Assembly (NCBI GenBank): GCA_951406725.2
Contig: OX597814.1
Location: 8,432,001-8,496,000, forward strand
Direction: 5' to 3'
From: Octopus vulgaris
Taxonomy: Eukaryota
DNA length: 64,000 nucleotides
The notes below the pieces were generated by a model, which was given only the letters and a program-made list of their open reading frames with translations, had not been told where the DNA came from and ran no database searches. Below are positions 1 to 12,095 of this stretch, piece by piece. The position numbers and the translations under genes are program-made. The stretch's first letter is position 1. Every line of letters begins with the position of its first letter.

Positions 1-337
1 GCATGTATGCAATGTCAGAAATCTAAAGTGCAGCGGCACATCAAAGCACCATTAGGCACATTTGCAAATCTGGATGCGAGATTCCAACATATCCACATCG
101 ATATAGTGGGACCCTTGCCTCCGTGCGAGGATAATATGTATTTGTTGACGTGTGTGGACCGTTTTTCGAGATGGCCCGAGGCTTATCCGATAAAGGATGT
201 ATCTGCAGTAACTATAGCAAAAACTTTGTTTACCAATTGGATGTCTAGATTCGGCATTCCAAATACAGTGACAACAGATCGTGGTAGACAATTTGAGTCT
301 AGCTTGTTCGCAGAATTCAATAAATTGTTGGGAATTG
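1..337 (+). mobile_element. Gypsy/Ty3 LTR-retrotransposon integrase fragment
   Basis: ORF 7..390: CQKSKVQRH...[13 protein letters not shown]...[16 protein letters not shown]...[17 protein letters not shown] is the rve core; it breaks off at ~337 where the duplicated host block begins. Confidence 0.9.
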
Positions 338-1213
338 TTTCTCTAGTGTACCTCCTTGATCGCACTTTAGCCTTTCAACACCTAGCATAACCCCTACATA
401 ACCCTTTTGGTTCCTCACTCCATTTAGTAGGAGTGTTTTTCCTTTTTTTTTTCTGTCTTAGACATTACTTGGCCACCTCACTAGTAATGACAGCAGGAAA
501 ATTGCCCCCAGTCCATTCTGTAAAGTGGTTGGCATTAGGAAGGGCAATAGAAACCTTGCTAAAGCTGACCCTAGAGGTCAATGCTGCTCACCAGATCCTG
601 TCAAAGTATTCAATGCAAGCAAATATGGAAAATGAATGTTAAATGACGATGATGATGATGGTTTTTAACATTGCTTTATATTAATCTAATGTGTTCACAG
701 TAATTACATACAAATTGTCCAACCTATGCAAGCATGGACAACAGATATTAAATGATGACAATGATAATGTCTGTAAATGATTTCATGAAATAAAGAATAT
801 TTCTTCTAACCTTTTTCCGATTCAAATGTGATAATAACTTCCCCAGAATCTTGGATCCGTTCTTGGATTCCTTTAATAGGTCCTCCACTTGATCTCTTCT
901 TGTTCTCAAAATAAGACTGAATGGCTTCCAAACGGAAATCAGTTGGGACTCCTGACACCAATATCGTTCTGCCCTCATCTTCTCCTTCCATACTCGTGGC
1001 AGATATTCCTGCAAAATAAAACCAAGATTTAATGCTAGACAAATACAAGTTACTCACCATCCATGTAACAATACTGTGCTATCCACATCATAAGCATCCA
1101 TTTAACATGCCTGATGTAAACCTGAAATACATGTAGCCTTCAAACAGTCCAGATATGCTAGAAGTAACAGCCAAAGTTTTTCAAAAGTTCACCCAGTTAT
1201 TTTTAAAATAGAC
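338..1213 (-). repeat. Outer inverted-duplication arm (copy of 46466-47338) containing host exon 2
   Basis: Reverse complement matches 46466-47338 almost base for base; ORF-track peptides are mirrored (806..1060 vs 46619..46873, 433..642 vs 47037..47243). Confidence 0.95.
811..991 (-). CDS. First coding exon of PARP14/PARP10-like RRM-repeat gene, paralog B (exon 1008-811; gene would continue left of the window)
   Basis: Acceptor tttattttgcag|GAATATC at 1009/1008, ATG at 991, MEGEDEGRTILVSGVPTDFRLEAIQSYFENKKRSSGGPIKGIQERIQDSGEVIITFESEK, phase-1 donor G|gttaga at 811/810. Confidence 0.75.
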
Positions 1214-1464
1214 CAATACACTTGCCAAAATCGTTTTGTCTTGAGAATATCTTCAAAGAAGTTATGGCATTCCTGATTGAACAATGCTAATTTCACTCAC
1301 AGAAACCAGAGTTCTAACATATGTCCATGAAATCTGAAAGTCACACCTCTCAGCTTTAAAATCTTTAAAAAGATGTTTTTCAATAAAACAGCCACACAAA
1401 TGCCACCAAATAATGCCGTTTAGTATGACAAACTTCACCTAAATACACATTTTCCAAACAATTC

Positions 1465-2428
1465 TTTCTTCTATGCACACTGACATTACACATCCTGCGG
1501 ATCATACTGGCTTCATTTCTTGCAAGCATATGCATGTCTTCAGCAGTCACGGGCCACGTTTCACTGCCATGTCACATGGCTGTTCAAACACAGGCATCAC
1601 TCAGTCTACCTATCACCCTGAGTGAGAGGACCTTTGTTAGCCAGGCTATTCTTATTTTAACCGCTACATTCTCAGAGCATCCACCCCAACCACTGATTTG
1701 TAATGGAAGCTATAACTACTTCTAGTTTTTCATCCTGGCATGTGACAGAATTTCTTTTCTGTACATCTTCAGTGTTTATTGCACCTGTGCATCTTCCACA
1801 CACAAAAACTATCTTCCCTTGATATTGCTGCACCTCTTATATGTCCATAGCTTACACTCGGTACATCTTATGGAGTTTCTACTTACACCTTTTCTACAGA
1901 GTGAGCAGGGTCATCTACCTGAAGGGATTTGTGATATGCCTACCTTCCTACTTACTTTGGTTTTTGCTAGGTTGACTCTAAGGCCTTTCAGTTTAAGACC
2001 TTGCTTCCACACCTGAAACCTTTTCTTTAGTTCTGATATTGACTCAGCTATTAGAACAAGGTCATCAGCATAGGAGGAGCACCCAGGTGCAGCCTGTCAT
2101 TGCCCAGAATACCATGATGAATAAGAGAGAGCTGAGGACTTGGTGAATCCCTGCTTCTATCCTGAATTCTTCGCTTGTTGCCAACCCTCACTTTACTGAC
2201 AGCATCCCTGTACAGGGCTTGTATGGCTCTCAACAACTCCTCATCTATCCCTAGTTTCCTCATTGACCACCAGATAAGGGATTGGGGGACCTTGTCAAAG
2301 GCTTTCTACATGTCAGCAAAAGCCACAGAGGTTTAGCTTTGGCTAGGTATTTCTCCTGCAGCTGTCTTACCAGAAATATAGCATCAGTGGTGCTTCTCCC
2401 TGGCACAAACCCAAACTGCATCTTCTCT
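1465..2428 (-). mobile_element. RTE-clade LINE, fragmented RT/C-terminal region
   Basis: MQFGFVPGRSTTDAIFLVRQLQEKYLAK and MRKLGIDEELLRAIQALYRDAVSKVRVG; same family as 2972-4920. Confidence 0.85.
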
Positions 2429-2890
2429 ACTGCATTTGTAGTAGAATATCCTACTCCTGTATTATTTTTTGAAAATATGTTTCTGTATATTTTGTTTTCT
2501 ATAATAAATGATTCTATTGTTTTAGTGATTTCTTTTATAATATTATCTTTAATCTGGATCCCATAAGGGACTATCAACCAAATTATTTTATTTTTATCTA
2601 TGTTTATATTTTTATTTCTCGTATCCTTATTTACGTTATTATTGTTATTATCATCTTTATTATTTATAATTGGATCTAATTTTTGCCTATCATTTAATCT
2701 TATATATTTCCTTATATTTCTATTTTCAATTTTATTCTTCATTCTATTTATATTTTTTTATGTTTTTATATGCTCCTTGTATTCTATAAAATTCCAATGT
2801 GTTTCTCTATTATAACTATTATGATTGTTATTAATTTTGTTTTTACTTTTATTTCTATTCCCATCTACATTTTCTTTTACTATTTTCTAT
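2429..2890 (-). mobile_element. Very AT-rich fragment, probably Penelope-like (RT to GIY-YIG linker region)
   Basis: KIIWLIVPYGIQIKDNIIKEI...IYRNIFSKNNTGVGYS resembles the Penelope IIWFNPPY...KIFNRN..KISYS pattern; fused to RTE in ORF 2260..2742. Confidence 0.45.
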
Positions 2891-2929
2891 ACATATAACT
2901 ATATATATATATATATATATATACATACA

Positions 2930-5900
2930 TACAGGGGTTGGACAAAATAACGGAAACACCGAGCATCATATAATAGTCAACTGCTACAAAGGTAAAGGTG
3001 ATGCCCTAGATACAAATAATTACAGAGGTATCGAGCTGTTGGATCAGGTAATGAAGGTTATGGAGAGGGTCATAGCCCTACTAATTAGAGAGAGAGTTAG
3101 TTTAGATGAGATGCAGTTTGGGTTCGTGCCAGGGAAAAGTACCACTGATGCTATATTTCTGGTAAGACAGCTGCAGGAAAAATACCTAGCCAAAGATAAG
3201 CCCCTGTACCTGGCTTTCGTTGACATGGAGAAAGCCTTCGACAGGGTCTCCTGATCCCTTATCCGGTGGTCAATGAGGAAACTAGGGATAGATGAATGGT
3301 TAGTGAGAGCTGTGTGAGCCATGTACAGGGACGCTGCTAGTAAGGTGAAGGTTGGCAAGGAGTACAGTGAAGAATTCCCGGTGGAGGTAGGGGTTCACCA
3401 AGGTTCAGTCCTCAGCCCCCTCCTATTTATCATAGTCCTCCAGGCAATGACGGAAGAATTCAAGACAGGATGCCCCTGGGAGCCCCTCTATACTGATGAC
3501 CGTGCTCTAATTGCTGAGTCACTATCAGAACTGGAGGAGAAGTTTTAGGTGTGGAAGGAAGGATTAGAATCGAAGGGCCTTAGAGTCAACCTAGCTAAAA
3601 CCAAATCCTAATAAGTAGGAAGGTAGACAATCCACAAACGCCTTCAGGTAGATGGCCCTGCTCGAACTGTAGAGAAGGCGTAGGTAGAAACTCTATAAGA
3701 TGCACCAAGTGTAAGCTATGGACACATCAGAAGTGCAGCAATGTCAAAGGAAGGCTAACTAGGAAGATAGTTTTTGTATGTGGAAGATGCTCAGGAGCAA
3801 TAAACACTGAGAATGCGCAGAGACCAACTTCCGCCACATTCCAGGGAGAAAAACTAAAAGTAGTTGATAGCTTCCGTTACCTAGGTGACCAAGTCAGTTG
3901 CAGGGGTGGGTGTGCTGAAAGTGTAACTGCTAGAGTAAGAATAGCCTGGGCAAAGTTCAGAGAGCTCTTACCTCTGCTGGTGACAAAAGGCCTCTCGCTC
4001 AGAGTAAAAGATAGACTGTATGATGCGTGTGTATGAACAGCCATGCTACATGGTAGTGAAACATGGGCTGTGACTGCTGAGGATATGCGTAAGCTCGCAA
4101 GGAATGAAGCCAGTATGCTCCGATGGATGTGTAATGTCAGTGTTCATACTCGACAGAGTGTAAGTACCTTGAGAGAAAAGCTGGACCTAAGAAGCATCAG
4201 TTGTGGTGTGCAAGAGAGACGTTTGCGTTGGTATGGTCATGAGGCAAGAATGGATGTGGATAGCTGTGTGAAAAAGTGCCACACCCTAGCAGTTGAGGGA
4301 ACCAGTGGAAGAGGTAGACCCAGGAAAACCTGGGACGAGGTGGTGAAGCACGACCTTCGAACTTTAGGTCTCACCAAGGAAATGACTAACTAGACCTTTG
4401 GAAGTATGCTGTGCGTGAGAAGACCCGGCAGGACAAGTGAGGCCATAACCCGTAGCCTCTACCTGGGATGTAGCCAGTCCACTTATGCATACCTTTCCTT
4501 CTTGGGACACAAAACTCTACTTGTGAAGACATGCTGAGGCAAGTGAAAATCAAAAATCAAAAATCAAGATCGAAATCGATCAACATCAATGGAAATTGTA
4601 GCTGTGATACCAGTGCCGGTGGCACGTAAGAGAACCATCCAAACACTAGTGACGCCTCGACTGGCCTCCGTGCCGGTGGTACATAAAAAGCACCATCCGA
4701 TCATGGCCGTTTGGCAGGCCCGTGTGGCATCTGTGCCGGTGGCATGTAAAAAGCACCCACTACACTCACGGAGTAGTTGGCGTTAGGAAGGGCATCCAGC
4801 CGTAGAAACATTGCCAGAGCAGACTGGGCCTGGTGCAGCCTTCTGGCTTCCCAGACTCCAGTTGAACCGTCCAACCCATGCTAGCATGGAAAGTGGACGC
4901 TAAACGATGATGATGATGATCTATAAAACCTGTTACAGCTTGTCTATTTTTATGTTTTTTTTATTTATTACTAGTGTTACTTAATATGTTTTGACAAAAT
5001 TGCTGTTTCTTTTCAGATATCATCTGAAAAACGGAATTAAAATTCATTGAAATGACAGATCTATCGGACTTTCAAAGAGGTAAAAATATTGGTGCTCTTA
5101 TCGCAGGCGCTAGCATAATGGAAACAGCCGAAATGCTTGGCATATCAAGAAGTACTGCCTCAAAAGTAATGATACCCTTAGAAAAAGAGGGAAAAACCTC
5201 CTCGAAAGAAAACTCTGGAAGAAAACCAAAACTTTCAGATAGGGACTGTAAGACTCTTATGGGAATTGTTAGAAAGAATCACAAAGTACAGCTCCCAAAA
5301 TTACTGGAGAGCTTAATGACCACCTCGAGAACCCAGTTTCCACAAAAGCTGTTCACCAGGAGCTGCACAAAGCCGGATTTGACATGAGGGCTGTAATCAG
5401 AAAACCACTACTTTCAAAAACAAACGTTGCAAAGCATTCAGAGTGGAGTAAAAACCTACAGAATTGGTCCCTAGAGCAGTGGAAGAATGTTTATTTTCTT
5501 AGACAAGTCATCCTTTACCTTATTTCTGACCACCAGCCGAATGTACATGTAGAGACAGCCAAAAGAAGCATTTAACCCAGACTGCCTTCTTCCAACTTCT
5601 AAACATGGAGGAGGATCTGTGATGATTGGAGGGAAGGGGCCTATATTTTGGAGATCCACCAGCTCAATGGTTTCCCTTCATGGCAGAATTAATAGTCAAG
5701 ACTATTTAAGCATTTCATCTGATCAAATTCATCCTATGGTTGCAGAACTGTTTGTGGAGTGAAAAGAAATCCTTCAGGATGATAATGCACCAATTCACAC
5801 AGCTAAAGTTGTTAAGTTGTTACTGAATGGCACAAGGAACATTCTAGTGAAGTTGAACATCTTATCTGGCCACTTTAGTCCTCAGATCTCAATATTATTG

Positions 5901-6131
5901 AACATTTATGATGCATTTTAGAAAAACATGTAAGGAGTCGATATCCTCCAGCATCAGGAATTGGAGACTGTTTTAGCTGAAGAATGGACAAAAATACCTT
6001 TGGAGAAAATTCAAACTTTGTATGAGTCCATACCTCATAGAATTCAAGCTGTAATTACTGGCAAAGGCTGTCCTGCCCCATATTAAAATAAATTTGTTTG
6101 AAACTTTAAGGTGTTTCCATTATTATTTTGT
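2930..6131 (+). mobile_element. Tc1-family DNA transposon (degenerate transposase ~5052-6085), interrupted by an RTE insertion
   Basis: Left TIR TACAGGGGTTGGACAAAATAACGGAAACACC after (TA)n; right TIR remnant GGTGTTTCCATTATTATTTTGT ~6110-6131; MTDLSDFQRG..HTH, RKPLLSK, QDDNAPIHTAK and SSDLNIIEHL motifs with frameshifts. Confidence 0.85.
2972..4920 (+). mobile_element. 5'-truncated RTE LINE with 3' UTR and (GAT)n tail, nested in Tc1
   Basis: NCYKGKGDALD, GVHQGSVLSPLLF, LYTDD, MLHGSETW, RGRPRKTW; ends AAACGATGATGATGATGAT at ~4920. Confidence 0.92.
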
Positions 6132-6149
6132 ATATATATTATTTTGTAT

Positions 6150-7923
6150 ATGAGACACAGTTTGGTTTTGTGCCAGGGAAAAACACCCCTGATGCTATAT
6201 TTCTGGTAAGGCAACTGCAGGAGAAATACATAGCTAAAGAAAAACATCTGTACTTGGCTTTTGTTGACTTGGAGAAAGCCTTTGACAGGCTCCCCTGATT
6301 CCTTATCTGTTGGGCAATGCAAAAACTAAGGATCGACAAGTGGTTAGTAAGAGCTGTACAGACCTTGTATAGGGATGCTGTCAATAAGGTGAAGGTTGGC
6401 AACATTGAGTATAGTGAAGAATTCCAGGTAGAAGTAGGGGTTCACCAAGCATCAGTGCTCAGCCCCCTCTTATTCATTATAGTCCTGCAGGCAATAACAG
6501 AGGAATTCAAGACAGGCTTCTCCTGGGAGCTTCTCTATGCTGATGATCTTGCTCTAATTGTTGAGCCACTGCCAGAACTAGAAATGAAGTTCCAGGTGTG
6601 GAAGCAAGTTATAGAATTGAAGGGCCTTAGAGTCAATGTAGTAAAAACCAAAGTCCTAGTAAGTAGGAAAGCAAATAAATCACAAACCCCTTCAGGTAGA
6701 TGGCCCTGCCCGATCTGAAGGAAAAGCATTGGTAGAAACTCCATAAGATGTAGCCAGAGTAAGCTATGGACACATAAGAGGTGCAGCAATATCAAAGGAA
6801 AGTTAACCAGGAAGATAGTTTTTGTGTGCAGCTGATGCACAGGTGCAATAAACACCAAAGATGTTCAGAAAACAGATTCCATCACATACCAAGGGAAGAA
6901 ACTAGAAGTAGTTGATAGGTTCTGCTCCCTAGGCAACCGAGTCTGTAGTGTGGGTGATTGCTCTGAAAACGTTGCCACTAGAATAAGAATAGGTTGGGCA
7001 AAGTTCAGAGAGCTCCTACCTCTGCTGGTAATGAAGGGCCACTCACTCAGAGTGAAAGGTAGATTGTATGATGTACATGTGTGAACAGCCATGCTACACA
7101 GCTGTGAAACACGGGCCATGACTGTTGAGGGTATACGTAGGCTTAAAAGAAATGAAGCTAGTATGATCTGCTGGATGTCTAATGTCAATGTGCATGTATG
7201 GCAGAGTGTAAGCATCTGGAAAGAAATATTGGACATTAGAAGCATCAGATGTGGTGTACAAGAGAGATGACTGTGCTGCGTATGGATGAAGAGAGCTGTG
7301 TGAAGAAGTGTCGTACTCTAACAGTGGAAGGAACCCATGGAAGAGGGTGACCCAGGAAGACATGGGATGAGGTGGTGAAGCACGACCTTCGAACACTGGG
7401 CTTCACAGAAGCAATGACAAGAGACCAAGACCTTTAGAGATATGCTGTGATTGAGAACACCCAGCAAGCAAAGTGAGACCACAGCCATTGACTAAACCAA
7501 TGTCGCATAACCAGCCCTTTAAAAGTACCCTTGAATCCCCATGTGATGTGCAATGCTTGAGAGGACATATTAAATCGAGTAAAATCAAAAACCAAAAGCA
7601 AATCAAGATTGAAATCAAAATGGAAATGGAAATTGTAGTTGTGAGCAATGCCAGTGCCACCTGACTGGCACTTGTGCTGGTGGCACGTAATAAGCACTAT
7701 TCAAGTGTGGATCGATATCAGTACCACCTGACTGGCTCCCTGTGCCAGTGGCATGCAAAAATCACCCACTACACTCTCAGAGTGGTTGGTGTTAGGAAGG
7801 GCATCTAGCTATAGAAACCTTGTCAGGTCAGATTGGAGCCTAGTGCAGCCTCTTGGCTTGCCAGTCCCCAGTTGAATTGTCCAACCCATGCTAGCATAGA
7901 AAATGGACATTAAACGATAATGA

Positions 7924-7927
<4 letters not shown>
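6150..7927 (+). mobile_element. 5'-truncated degenerate RTE LINE with 3' tail
   Basis: ORF 6317..6718 GVHQASVLSPLLF...LLYADDLAL; 3' UTR homologous to 4440-4920, ending in (GAT)n and a (TA)n(GA)n microsatellite. Confidence 0.9.
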
Positions 7928-7992
<65 letters not shown>

Positions 7993-8899
7993 GACAGTCA
8001 GACAGACAGACAAACAGATAGATAGATTGATATACATGTGATTAATCTATAATAGTGGTTAATATATTCTTAAGGTCAAATTTGAATCACTCATAAGAAC
8101 TTCTAGCCTCCATCACTAAGTCAGTTCCAAACCAAATTCAATTCAGTTTTTTTTAGCAATAATGGTCCATCCAAAGTTACATTTGGATATAAATAATTGA
8201 AATTTCATCATCATCATCGTTCATTAGAAAAAAAGTTAGGTCAAAATATTTGAGGTGAAAATGATAAAGTCAAGTGAAAAATTGATTTTGAATCAAAATA
8301 TTTGAATTATTTTAAAAGAAATTGACTTTAACAGAATGTGCTCAATGAGATGAATTTTTGTGAGAAACTCATTAAAAGATATTAGCCACAAAACAGTGGG
8401 AATTATACAAAAGTTGTGTTAGAATGAAAGTGCTCTATGATAGGAATGTTACAGTGAAAACCTTGTCAATAAATATTAGCTATAAAACAAATGACAAAAA
8501 CAAAAGGTGATTATTTTTAACAAATTAAAATATTTCTGTAATTTTAAGATATTTAGCATTTTAGAAGATGGTAGATGATGTCAGGGTTTGCTTAAGGGTA
8601 CAGCTTAACTGAAATTAGAGAGGTACACACTTTGATTCTCTGTAGTGGCTTGTGAGGCCATTCTTCTTTTTGTGTGTCTTTCAAAGGTATTTACCTCATC
8701 TGCTAAGCTGTTTTCACAGCAATTCTATATTCAGGTTTGTTTTATTTTCTGCAAAAATATCACCTCACTTGGTACCTCAAAGTTTGTCTCTCAAAATATA
8801 TCATTCACCCATGGCAGTCAGCATTTCTAGGATTCATCACAAATTCAGTTATTTTCAGTTTAAGTCAATATTTTGGAATTTGAAATTTCTTTGTATTAA

Positions 8900-9076
8900 G
8901 CAGGTGTATGCATCTTGGGAAGTCATCTGGGAGCAGGAGGTGGAGTTACTGTGATGGTTCAGAAAAATCTGGATCTTGCAATACAGATGATCTTCCTGGA
9001 TCCGGAAGGTAGGTTGGTGGTTTTGGACATGAAAGACTGTGAAGGACATACTTTCAGGCTAGTTGCTGTCTATGCA
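8900..9076 (+). mobile_element. Tx1 LINE APE-endonuclease fragment
   Basis: Translates to GAGGGVTVMVQKNLDLAIQMIFLDPEGRLVVLDMKDCEGHTFRLVAVYA, matching ORF 20437..20715 (GGGGVAVLVRKNLDLEIRTVFIDPEGRLVVLDV...FRLVAVYA). Confidence 0.8.
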
Positions 9077-9250
9077 TCATCATAATGGACATCATGACCA
9101 TGATGTTTATGATGATGACGATGCTCATGATGATGATGATGATGAAGATGGTGATGATGATGGTGATTATCATAGTGATGACGGTGATGTTGATGATAAG
9201 TTTATAATCATGAAGCTGATGATAATGATGATGATGATGCTGATGATGAT
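9077..9250. repeat. Degenerate (GAT)n microsatellite
   Basis: Imperfect GAT/CAT triplet run. Confidence 0.85.
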
Positions 9251-9600
9251 GGGTAAAGGTTTTATTGTTTTATTTCTGTAAATTTTCACAAGTAGTACTT
9301 TTGAAAATTTAAGCCAAAAAGAAAATTTTACAAAACTATGATTAAAAAATAAATAAATACCTTTCTCCGCCATGATTTCAACGGGTATTTTTGCTCTGCA
9401 AATGAAAATAAAATAATTAGGAAAAACATCGTTAAGGTATTAAATACATCATTTGTTGTCAAAGTAAATTCTCTCTCTCTCTCTCTCTCTCTCATATAAT
9501 TACAGTTAAGAGAGAGATCAGAACAACTGGGCAGGACTCAGACAGGAATCCATCTCCCCCCTTTACCATTCAGATTCCTCAGCCAAATGCAATGCTTGTC

Positions 9601-12095
9601 TATTTCATTTCATTTCATTTCATTTGGGTTTGAGTCCATGCTCAGGCCAAGTCGAAGACTCCACCCTCAGAGTCTGGTGTGGTTGCCAGGTTGTATTCTC
9701 TGCTTAAATTTGACATGTGTAGGAGCGAGTTTGAGTCAGTTTGTGCTCGTTGTGTATATCCTGGCAGATGGGGTTCATCTCTAATGGTGCTTAGGTATCT
9801 ACCCAGTTGCAATTTGAATGATTCCACACTGCATCCTGATAGATTTCTGACATGTACCGGAATGGAGTTGAACAGTTGTGCTCCTCGAACCAACAGACTT
9901 GATTCTCGCAGGGTTTTTGCTGCCTGGCCAGCCTTTTTGTTGATTGGTGGCAGCTGGCAGCGTCTTCCGTGGCGCAGTGAGTGGTAGGTTTTGATACCAA
10001 AGTTTGGCACCTTCTGCTCTATCATTTTCCAAATGTATATAATTCGGTATCGCTCAAATCTTCTTTCTATTGAGTACATCCTCAAGGTTTTGAGTCTTTG
10101 CCAACAGTCCAGGTCCCTCGTTTCTGAGAAGTATGAGGTAAAATTTCTTTGGAGCGATTCTATCTTAGATAGTTGGCCCTTTGTTGTTGGTGACCACAAC
10201 TGAGAACAGTAGTCAATCCTCGGAAGTATCATACTGTTCCAGAGGGTTTTCATTGTTGAGGTATCTCTTGATTTGAAGGTGCGCAAGATCCACCCGCTGT
10301 ACTTTCTTGCAGTAAGACAGACTGAGTCAAGGTGTTCTCTGAATTTTAGGTTGGTTTCCATGTGGATGCCTAAATCTTTCACATACTGTTTTTCCATTAT
10401 TTGTTGTCCTGATGGGTTTCTGTAGTTTGTTGTATTTTTCAGATCTTGATCTGTTCCGTAGCGAATTAGTTCAAACTTCTTATCATTGAACAACATGTTG
10501 TTTGTTTCCTGCCATTTATATATGGTGGTCAGGTCCTTTTGTAAGGCCTCTGTATCCACCTCGTCTTTGATTTGTCTCATGACCCTGGTGTCATCAGCAA
10601 AGGATGAGACGTTGCTGGTTGTATCTTCATCTATGTCAGAGATGAGGATGAGAAACAGGATTGGGCCGAGTACTGTACCCTGAGGAACACTGCTGGTCAC
10701 AGGTGATGGTGTTGAATGGGTTCCATTCACAGTGACTGTTTGAGTTCTATTTGTAAGGAACTCGTGTATCCATGTACCAACTTTTCCTCCTACTCCTAGC
10801 TTTCGAAGTTTGTGACCCAGGATGCCATGATCTACCTTGTCAAATGCCTTGGCAAAGTCGAGGTAGATAACATCTGTGTTGTATCCATTCTCTAGATTTT
10901 CTAGGATTTGGTCATGGTGTGCCAGTAGTTGGGAAAGGCATGATCTACCTAACCTGAATCCATGCTGGTTGCAATTCATCAGATTGTTGGATTCCAGGAA
11001 CTCAACCAGTTTTCCACGAACTATTCTTTCGAAGACCTTGATAATGTGTGATGTCAGTGAGATTGGTCGGTAGTTCTTTGGTTTTGATTTGCTATCCCCT
11101 TTATGTATTGGAGTTATGTGTGCTTCTTTATATGTATTTGGTATTTTGCCATTCTCCATAGATTCCCTCCATATCATGTAAAGGGGTTTTGACAATTGTG
11201 CCTTGCAGTTTTTAAGTATCATGGCATTGAAACCGTCAGGCCCCGCAGCCGAGTGCATGGAGAGCTTGTCTATGGCTCTTTCTATGTCTTCTGGGTTGAA
11301 ATCAATGTCGGATAGGGTAGGTTTAGTATGGTCGATATCCTTGAAGAATTTTCCTGGGTCATGGATCTTCATGGTTTTAGATGGCTCACTGAAGACACTT
11401 TCATACTGTTGACCCAACATTTCTGCCATTTCAATAGGGTTATTCACTACATCCCCATTTTGTCTCTGGAGAGGTCCTATTGTTGACTTTGTGTTCGAGT
11501 ATTTCTTTGTAAAACTGTAGAAACATTTTGGATTTTTCTTGATGTTTTCTATGGCTCTCTTTTCTGCATTGTTACGTTCTTCATCATTGTGTTGTTTTAG
11601 ATTGTCTTCTAATCTGTATATTTGGTCAAGGACTTTCTGTAATTCATGTTTTGATGTCAGCTTAGATGTTTTGTTTCTGAGTCTTGACCTTTTGCACATC
11701 AGGATCTTTCGCTCCCGTGGTACAGGTTTTTTTGTGGACTTGGTTTTCTTTAGAGGAACATTTTTTTCACATATTTCTTCGATCTTGTTTAAGAATTTCT
11801 TGTGTTTATCTGGCCCAGTAAGGTAGAGATCCCAGTCAATGATTTGTAGCTGGTTGTTAATAGTTTCCCAATTTGCCTGGTGATAATCATACCTGCATAG
11901 CTTTGGCATGTCCTTTTGTTTAAGAGTTGTGGCATTGGGCTCATTACCAATGTGTAAATGCATTTCAATAGTATTGTGGTCTGCAAGGATTGTTGGGGTT
12001 GAGTGAAGGTCAAATAGCATGTCCTCGTTGTTGGTGAAAACCAAGTCGATCGTATTATTATTTCTTGTTTTATTATTTCTCGTATTATTATTTCA
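9601..12095 (-). mobile_element. 5'-truncated CR1-group non-LTR retrotransposon with uninterrupted RT frame
   Basis: (GAAAT)n 3' tail at 9602-9625; TATTTCA at both ends (9601-9607, 12089-12095), a candidate TSD or microhomology. Confidence 0.88.
9642..12044 (-). CDS. CR1-group ORF2 remnant: APE C-terminus, reverse transcriptase and C-terminal domain (800 aa, no stops)
   Basis: DLVFTN..LADHNTI, KNYRPISLTSH, YLDFAKAFDKV, VPQGTVLGPILF, SFADDT, VKDLGI, DYCSQLWSP, YSIERRFERYRIIYIWK. Confidence 0.93.
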   Translation of the reverse strand: MVFTNNEDMLFDLHSTPTILADHNTIEMHLHIGNEPNATTLKQKDMPKLCRYDYHQANWETINNQLQIIDWDLYLTGPDKHKKFLNKIEEICEKNVPLKKTKSTKKPVPRERKILMCKRSRLRNKTSKLTSKHELQKVLDQIYRLEDNLKQHNDEERNNAEKRAIENIKKNPKCFYSFTKKYSNTKSTIGPLQRQNGDVVNNPIEMAEMLGQQYESVFSEPSKTMKIHDPGKFFKDIDHTKPTLSDIDFNPEDIERAIDKLSMHSAAGPDGFNAMILKNCKAQLSKPLYMIWRESMENGKIPNTYKEAHITPIHKGDSKSKPKNYRPISLTSHIIKVFERIVRGKLVEFLESNNLMNCNQHGFRLGRSCLSQLLAHHDQILENLENGYNTDVIYLDFAKAFDKVDHGILGHKLRKLGVGGKVGTWIHEFLTNRTQTVTVNGTHSTPSPVTSSVPQGTVLGPILFLILISDIDEDTTSNVSSFADDTRVMRQIKDEVDTEALQKDLTTIYKWQETNNMLFNDKKFELIRYGTDQDLKNTTNYRNPSGQQIMEKQYVKDLGIHMETNLKFREHLDSVCLTARKYSGWILRTFKSRDTSTMKTLWNSMILPRIDYCSQLWSPTTKGQLSKIESLQRNFTSYFSETRDLDCWQRLKTLRMYSIERRFERYRIIYIWKMIEQKVPNFGIKTYHSLRHGRRCQLPPINKKAGQAAKTLRESSLLVRGAQLFNSIPVHVRNLSGCSVESFKLQLGRYLSTIRDEPHLPGYTQRAQTDSNSLLHMSNLSREYNLATTPDSEGGVFDLA

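Noticed and set aside
9679-11826. Multiple + strand ORFs opposite the CR1-group RT, and antisense ORFs over Tx1 and RTE copies
   Set aside because: Shadow frames of retroelement coding sequence with no independent motifs
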